Below, piece after piece: positions 60,667 to 64,000 of a DNA stretch of 64,000 bases; within the stretch, counting starts at the first letter, position 1; each line of letters opens with the position of its first letter. Under the pieces are notes generated by a model. It ran no database searches. It was not told the DNA's origin and was given only the letters and a program-made list of their open reading frames with translations. Source of the stretch: Alphaproteobacteria bacterium (GTDB lineage: Bacteria; Pseudomonadota; Alphaproteobacteria; UBA828); assembly GCA_963667785.2 (NCBI GenBank), contig CAXXMU010000002.1:96001-160000 (forward strand), read 5' to 3'. The translations under genes and the position numbers were made by a program.

Positions 60667-60822
60667 GGCGAGATCCCGACAGCCACCGTCTGCCGCCGCC
60701 TGCTGCGACGCCAATGACCGAGAGATAGGGATGTGCCCCAGCCCTGTCAACGCGGCTTGCGGCCTTCTTCCCGGTCCGGGTGAGCGGTTATGGTGGGCGC
60801 CGTCTGCCATCAGGAGAGGTCG

Positions 60823-62055
60823 ATGACCGCCCTATCGCCGCTTGCGCCCGCTCGCTTTCCCGACCTGCCGCCGGTCCCCGGCGTCCGCCTCGCCGCCGTC
60901 GAGGCGCAGCTCCGCTATCGGGGGCGCCCCGACCTGCTGCTGGCGTCGCTCGCCCCGGAGACGGCCGCGGCGGGCGTGCTTACCCGATCCCGCACCGCAG
61001 CGCCCCCGGTCGCGTGGTGCCGGGCGTTGCTGGGCGAGGGACGCGGCGCCCGGGCGCTGGTGGTCAATGCCGGCAACGCCAATGCCGCGACCGGGGAGCC
61101 GGGCCACGCCGCCGTGCGCCGGACGGCGGACGCGGCTGCCGCGCTCGTCGGCTGCGAGGCGCGGGAGGTCTACGTCTGCTCGACCGGGGTGATCGGCGAG
61201 CAGCTTCCGGCCGAGCGGCTCGCCGCGGCGCTGCCGGCGCTCCACTCCGGCCTCGCGGACGGTGTCTGGGCCGAGGCCGCGGCGGCGATCATGACCACCG
61301 ACACCTTCCCCAAGGGCGCCCACGCCCGCGCCGAGATCGACGGCGTGCCGGTCACGATCGCCGGCATCGCCAAAGGCTCCGGCATGATCGCGCCCGACAT
61401 GGCCACCATGCTGGCTTTCGTCTTCACCGACGCGAACCTGCCGGCGGCGGCGCTCGGGCCCGCGCTCCGGCGCGGCGTCGGCCGCTCCTTCAACGCCATC
61501 ACGGTGGACGGCGACACCTCGACCAACGACAGTTGCCTCCTCTTCGCCACCGGGGCCGCCCGCCACCGGCGCATCGAGCGGGCGAGCGACCGGCGCCTGC
61601 GCGGATTCCGCGAGGCGCTGGAGGCGGTGCTGACCGATCTCGCGCTGCAGATCGTGCGGGACGGGGAGGGTGCCCAAAAGCTCGTCTCGATCACCGTGCG
61701 GGGTGCGGCGACGGAAGCGGCGGCGCGCCGCCTCGGGCTCACCATCGCCAACTCGCCGCTGGTCAAGACGGCGATCGCCGGCGAGGACCCCAATTGGGGG
61801 CGGATCGTCGCGGCGGCGGGCAGGGCCGGGGTCTCCTTCGACCAGGGGAAGCTCGCGATCTGGATCGGCGACGCGCGCGCGGCGCTGAGCGGCGCGGCCG
61901 ACCCCGCCTTCGACGAGCCGGCGGCGGCGCGTCACATGAAGGGGCAGGAGGTGAAGATCGCTGTCGAGATCGGCTCAGGGCCCGGCAGCGCCACCGTCTG
62001 GACCTGCGACCTCACCCACGCCTATATCGACATCAATGCCGATTACCGCTCCTGA
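60823..62055 (+). CDS. argJ: Bifunctional ornithine acetyltransferase / N-acetylglutamate synthase
   Basis: [33 protein letters not shown] and INADYRS motifs. Confidence 0.96.
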   Translation: MTALSPLAPARFPDLPPVPGVRLAAVEAQLRYRGRPDLLLASLAPETAAAGVLTRSRTAAPPVAWCRALLGEGRGARALVVNAGNANAATGEPGHAAVRRTADAAAALVGCEAREVYVCSTGVIGEQLPAERLAAALPALHSGLADGVWAEAAAAIMTTDTFPKGAHARAEIDGVPVTIAGIAKGSGMIAPDMATMLAFVFTDANLPAAALGPALRRGVGRSFNAITVDGDTSTNDSCLLFATGAARHRRIERASDRRLRGFREALEAVLTDLALQIVRDGEGAQKLVSITVRGAATEAAARRLGLTIANSPLVKTAIAGEDPNWGRIVAAAGRAGVSFDQGKLAIWIGDARAALSGAADPAFDEPAAARHMKGQEVKIAVEIGSGPGSATVWTCDLTHAYIDINADYRS

Positions 62056-62473
62056 GGGGGCTCCCGAAGGAGTGCAGCCGCTGGTCCTCGTGGCCGCGGC
62101 GGCGCTGGTCGATGCGGACGGCCGGGTGCTGCTGGCGCGCCGGCCCGCGGGCAAAACCATGGCCGGGCTCTGGGAGTTCCCCGGCGGCAAGGTCGCGGCG
62201 GACGAGACGCCGGAGCGCGCGCTCATCCGCGAACTTCGCGAGGAGCTTGGCATCGACGTCGAGCAGAGCTGCCTCGCACCCTTGGCCTTTGCCTCCCACG
62301 GCTACGACGATTTCCACCTCCTCATGCCGCTCTACGTCTGCCGAATCTGGCACGGCACAGTCGCGCCGAGGGAGGGGCAGGAGCTTCGCTGGGTGCGCCC
62401 GGCGCGGCTCGGCGACTATCCCATGCCGCCGGCGGATGCGCCGCTGATCCCGGTGCTGCGGGACCTCCTTTAG
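62036..62473 (+). CDS. mutT: 8-oxo-dGTP diphosphatase (Nudix)
   Basis: Nudix box LWEFPGGK....ETPE.AL.REL.EELG; conserved position after argJ. Confidence 0.9.
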   Translation: MPITAPEGAPEGVQPLVLVAAAALVDADGRVLLARRPAGKTMAGLWEFPGGKVAADETPERALIRELREELGIDVEQSCLAPLAFASHGYDDFHLLMPLYVCRIWHGTVAPREGQELRWVRPARLGDYPMPPADAPLIPVLRDLL

Positions 62474-62494
62474 TCCTGATCCGGCCATGTGCCC

Positions 62495-63604
62495 ATGAAG
62501 ATCGCCGCGATCGACATCACCCGCCACCGCATCGCGCTCGACCCGCCGGTGCCGGTCTCGTGGGACAGCCGGCCGCGCGCGAGCTTCTCCGTCAGCATCG
62601 TTCGCGTCCGCACCGACGAGGGGCTGGAGGGCGTGGCCGCCGGCGACACCATGGGGGGCTTCGCCGAGCACGCGGACTTGTTTATCGGCCGCGATCCGCG
62701 CGAGATCGAGCGGCTCCACGCCGTGCTCGACAATCTCTGCTTCCACCACGGTCGCTGGTGGCCGCTCGACATCGCGCTCTGGGACCTGCGCGGCAAGATC
62801 GAGGGCCGGCCGGTGTTCCGCCTGCTCGGCGGCGACGGCAACCGGGTGCGGGCCTACGCCTCGACCGCGCTCAGGCGGGACGAGGCCGCGAGCCGCGCGC
62901 TCGCGCAGGCGCTCGTTGCGCGCGGCTTCCGCGCCATCAAGCTGCGGCTCTCCACTGACGACTGGCGGCGGGACCTGGGCCGCGTCGCCGCGGTGCGTGA
63001 CGCCGTGGGGCCCGGCATCGAGCTGATGGTCGACTGCAACCAGGGCTGGCGCATGCCTTGGGACACCGCGCCCTCCTGGGAGCTCGCGACCGCCCGCGAG
63101 GTGGCGCTCGCGCTCGCCGAGCTCGACGTCTACTGGATGGAGGAGCCGCTGCATCGCGGCGACTACGCCGGCATGGCGGCGCTGCGCTGGGAGGCGGATA
63201 TCAGGATCGCCGGCGGCGAGGTGACCCGCGAGGCCCACGAGTTCCGCACGCTGATCGAGCGCCGCTGCCTCGACGTGCTGCAGCCGGACTGCGTCTTCGT
63301 CGGCGGCATCACCGGGCTCGCGCGCATTGCTGAGGCGGCGCACCGGGCGGGTCTCATGTTCACGCCGCACACCTGGGGCAGCGGCCTGATCATGCTGGCC
63401 AACGCGCACCTCACGGTGGGCGTCGGCGGCGGGCCCTGGCTCGAGTTCCCGTTCGACCCGCCGGACTGGGTGCCGGCACGGCGCGACTTCTACTTGGCAG
63501 GGCCCATCGAGACCGACGAGGAGGGCTGGCTGGTACTGCCGGATCGACCCGGCCTCGGTGCGGTGCTCGACGAGGACGTGCTGCGCGAGACCCTGGTGCG
63601 CTGA
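62495..63604 (+). CDS. Mandelate racemase / muconate lactonizing enzyme (enolase superfamily)
   Basis: DIALWDL.GK, K.R, MVDCNQ, WMEEP, GGE, QPD and PGLG motifs. Confidence 0.9.
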   Translation: MKIAAIDITRHRIALDPPVPVSWDSRPRASFSVSIVRVRTDEGLEGVAAGDTMGGFAEHADLFIGRDPREIERLHAVLDNLCFHHGRWWPLDIALWDLRGKIEGRPVFRLLGGDGNRVRAYASTALRRDEAASRALAQALVARGFRAIKLRLSTDDWRRDLGRVAAVRDAVGPGIELMVDCNQGWRMPWDTAPSWELATAREVALALAELDVYWMEEPLHRGDYAGMAALRWEADIRIAGGEVTREAHEFRTLIERRCLDVLQPDCVFVGGITGLARIAEAAHRAGLMFTPHTWGSGLIMLANAHLTVGVGGGPWLEFPFDPPDWVPARRDFYLAGPIETDEEGWLVLPDRPGLGAVLDEDVLRETLVR

Positions 63605-63705
63605 GCTGGTTGGTCCCCGCCGCCGCCGTCGCGAGGGCGGGATGACAGACGGGCGCGCGCCGGCCATGATCCGCCACCCCGTCCATGACCGCCGAGGAGC
63701 CCACG

Positions 63706-64000
63706 GTGACCGATGATCTCTGCTTCACGCCCGCCACTGAGCTAGCGCCGCTGATCCGCAGCAAGGCGCTCTCCCCGGTGGAGCTGATGGATGCCGTGCT
63801 CGCCCGCATCGAGGCCTGCGAGCCCCGCATCAATGCCTTCGCCACGCTGACCGCCGAGCGGGCGCGGGAGGCCGCCGGCCGTGCCGAGGAGGCGCTCATG
63901 CGGGGCGCCGCCGAGGGCGCCCTCTTCGGCCTGCCGGTCACCATCAAGGACCTGACCGAGACCGCAGGGATTCCCACCGAGCGCGGCTCGCACTCGCTGA
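63706..64000 (+). CDS. Amidase family protein (5' partial, runs off the window)
   Basis: Translated by hand: VTDDLCFTPATELAPLIRSKALSPVEL...INAF...LFGLPVTIKDL.ETAGIPT.RGS; GAGGAG RBS. Confidence 0.85.
   Translation, partial: MTDDLCFTPATELAPLIRSKALSPVELMDAVLARIEACEPRINAFATLTAERAREAAGRAEEALMRGAAEGALFGLPVTIKDLTETAGIPTERGSHSL

Overview
A high-GC (about 70% by eye) bacterial chromosomal segment, most likely alphaproteobacterial, inferred from the COQ9/IalB/rlmN, rph-rdgB-hemW and secA/argJ/mutT gene blocks. It carries about 55 genes. Housekeeping genes are rph, rdgB, hemW, def, rlmN, argE, infA, secA, argJ and mutT. Transporters are modABC, an orphan pstS with a Pho-box-like repeat, an RND pump and a two-ATPase sugar/polyol ABC system. 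Many enzymes act on amides and amines: two amidases, asparaginase, a hydantoinase/oxoprolinase fusion, a dimethylformamidase large subunit and a glxBCD/mgsABC-like operon. I saw no rRNA, tRNA, CRISPR, transposase or integrase. The most interesting items are four. (1) A two-gene locus at 54.7-57.6 kb: a passenger-less invasin/intimin-type beta-barrel is coupled to a lipoprotein with DUF4189-like Cys-rich domains around three near-identical 294-bp Ig-like repeats. This is a candidate two-partner inverse-autotransporter display system, and it carries three frameshifts. (2) A split cucumopine-synthase/McbB (Pictet-Spenglerase)-like gene pair heads a glxBCD-like glutamate-synthase operon that has no gmaS/mgd genes beside it. 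(3) An 11-bp-phased array of DnaA-box-like motifs at 30.78-30.84 kb, plus an AT-shifted, GANTC/IHF-motif-rich patch inside the 5' end of argE, is a candidate origin or DnaA-regulatory locus. (4) Several structured non-coding repeats occur, including a nested MITE/REP and a phased ATCCC array. All family calls come from motif recognition by eye, not from database searches.
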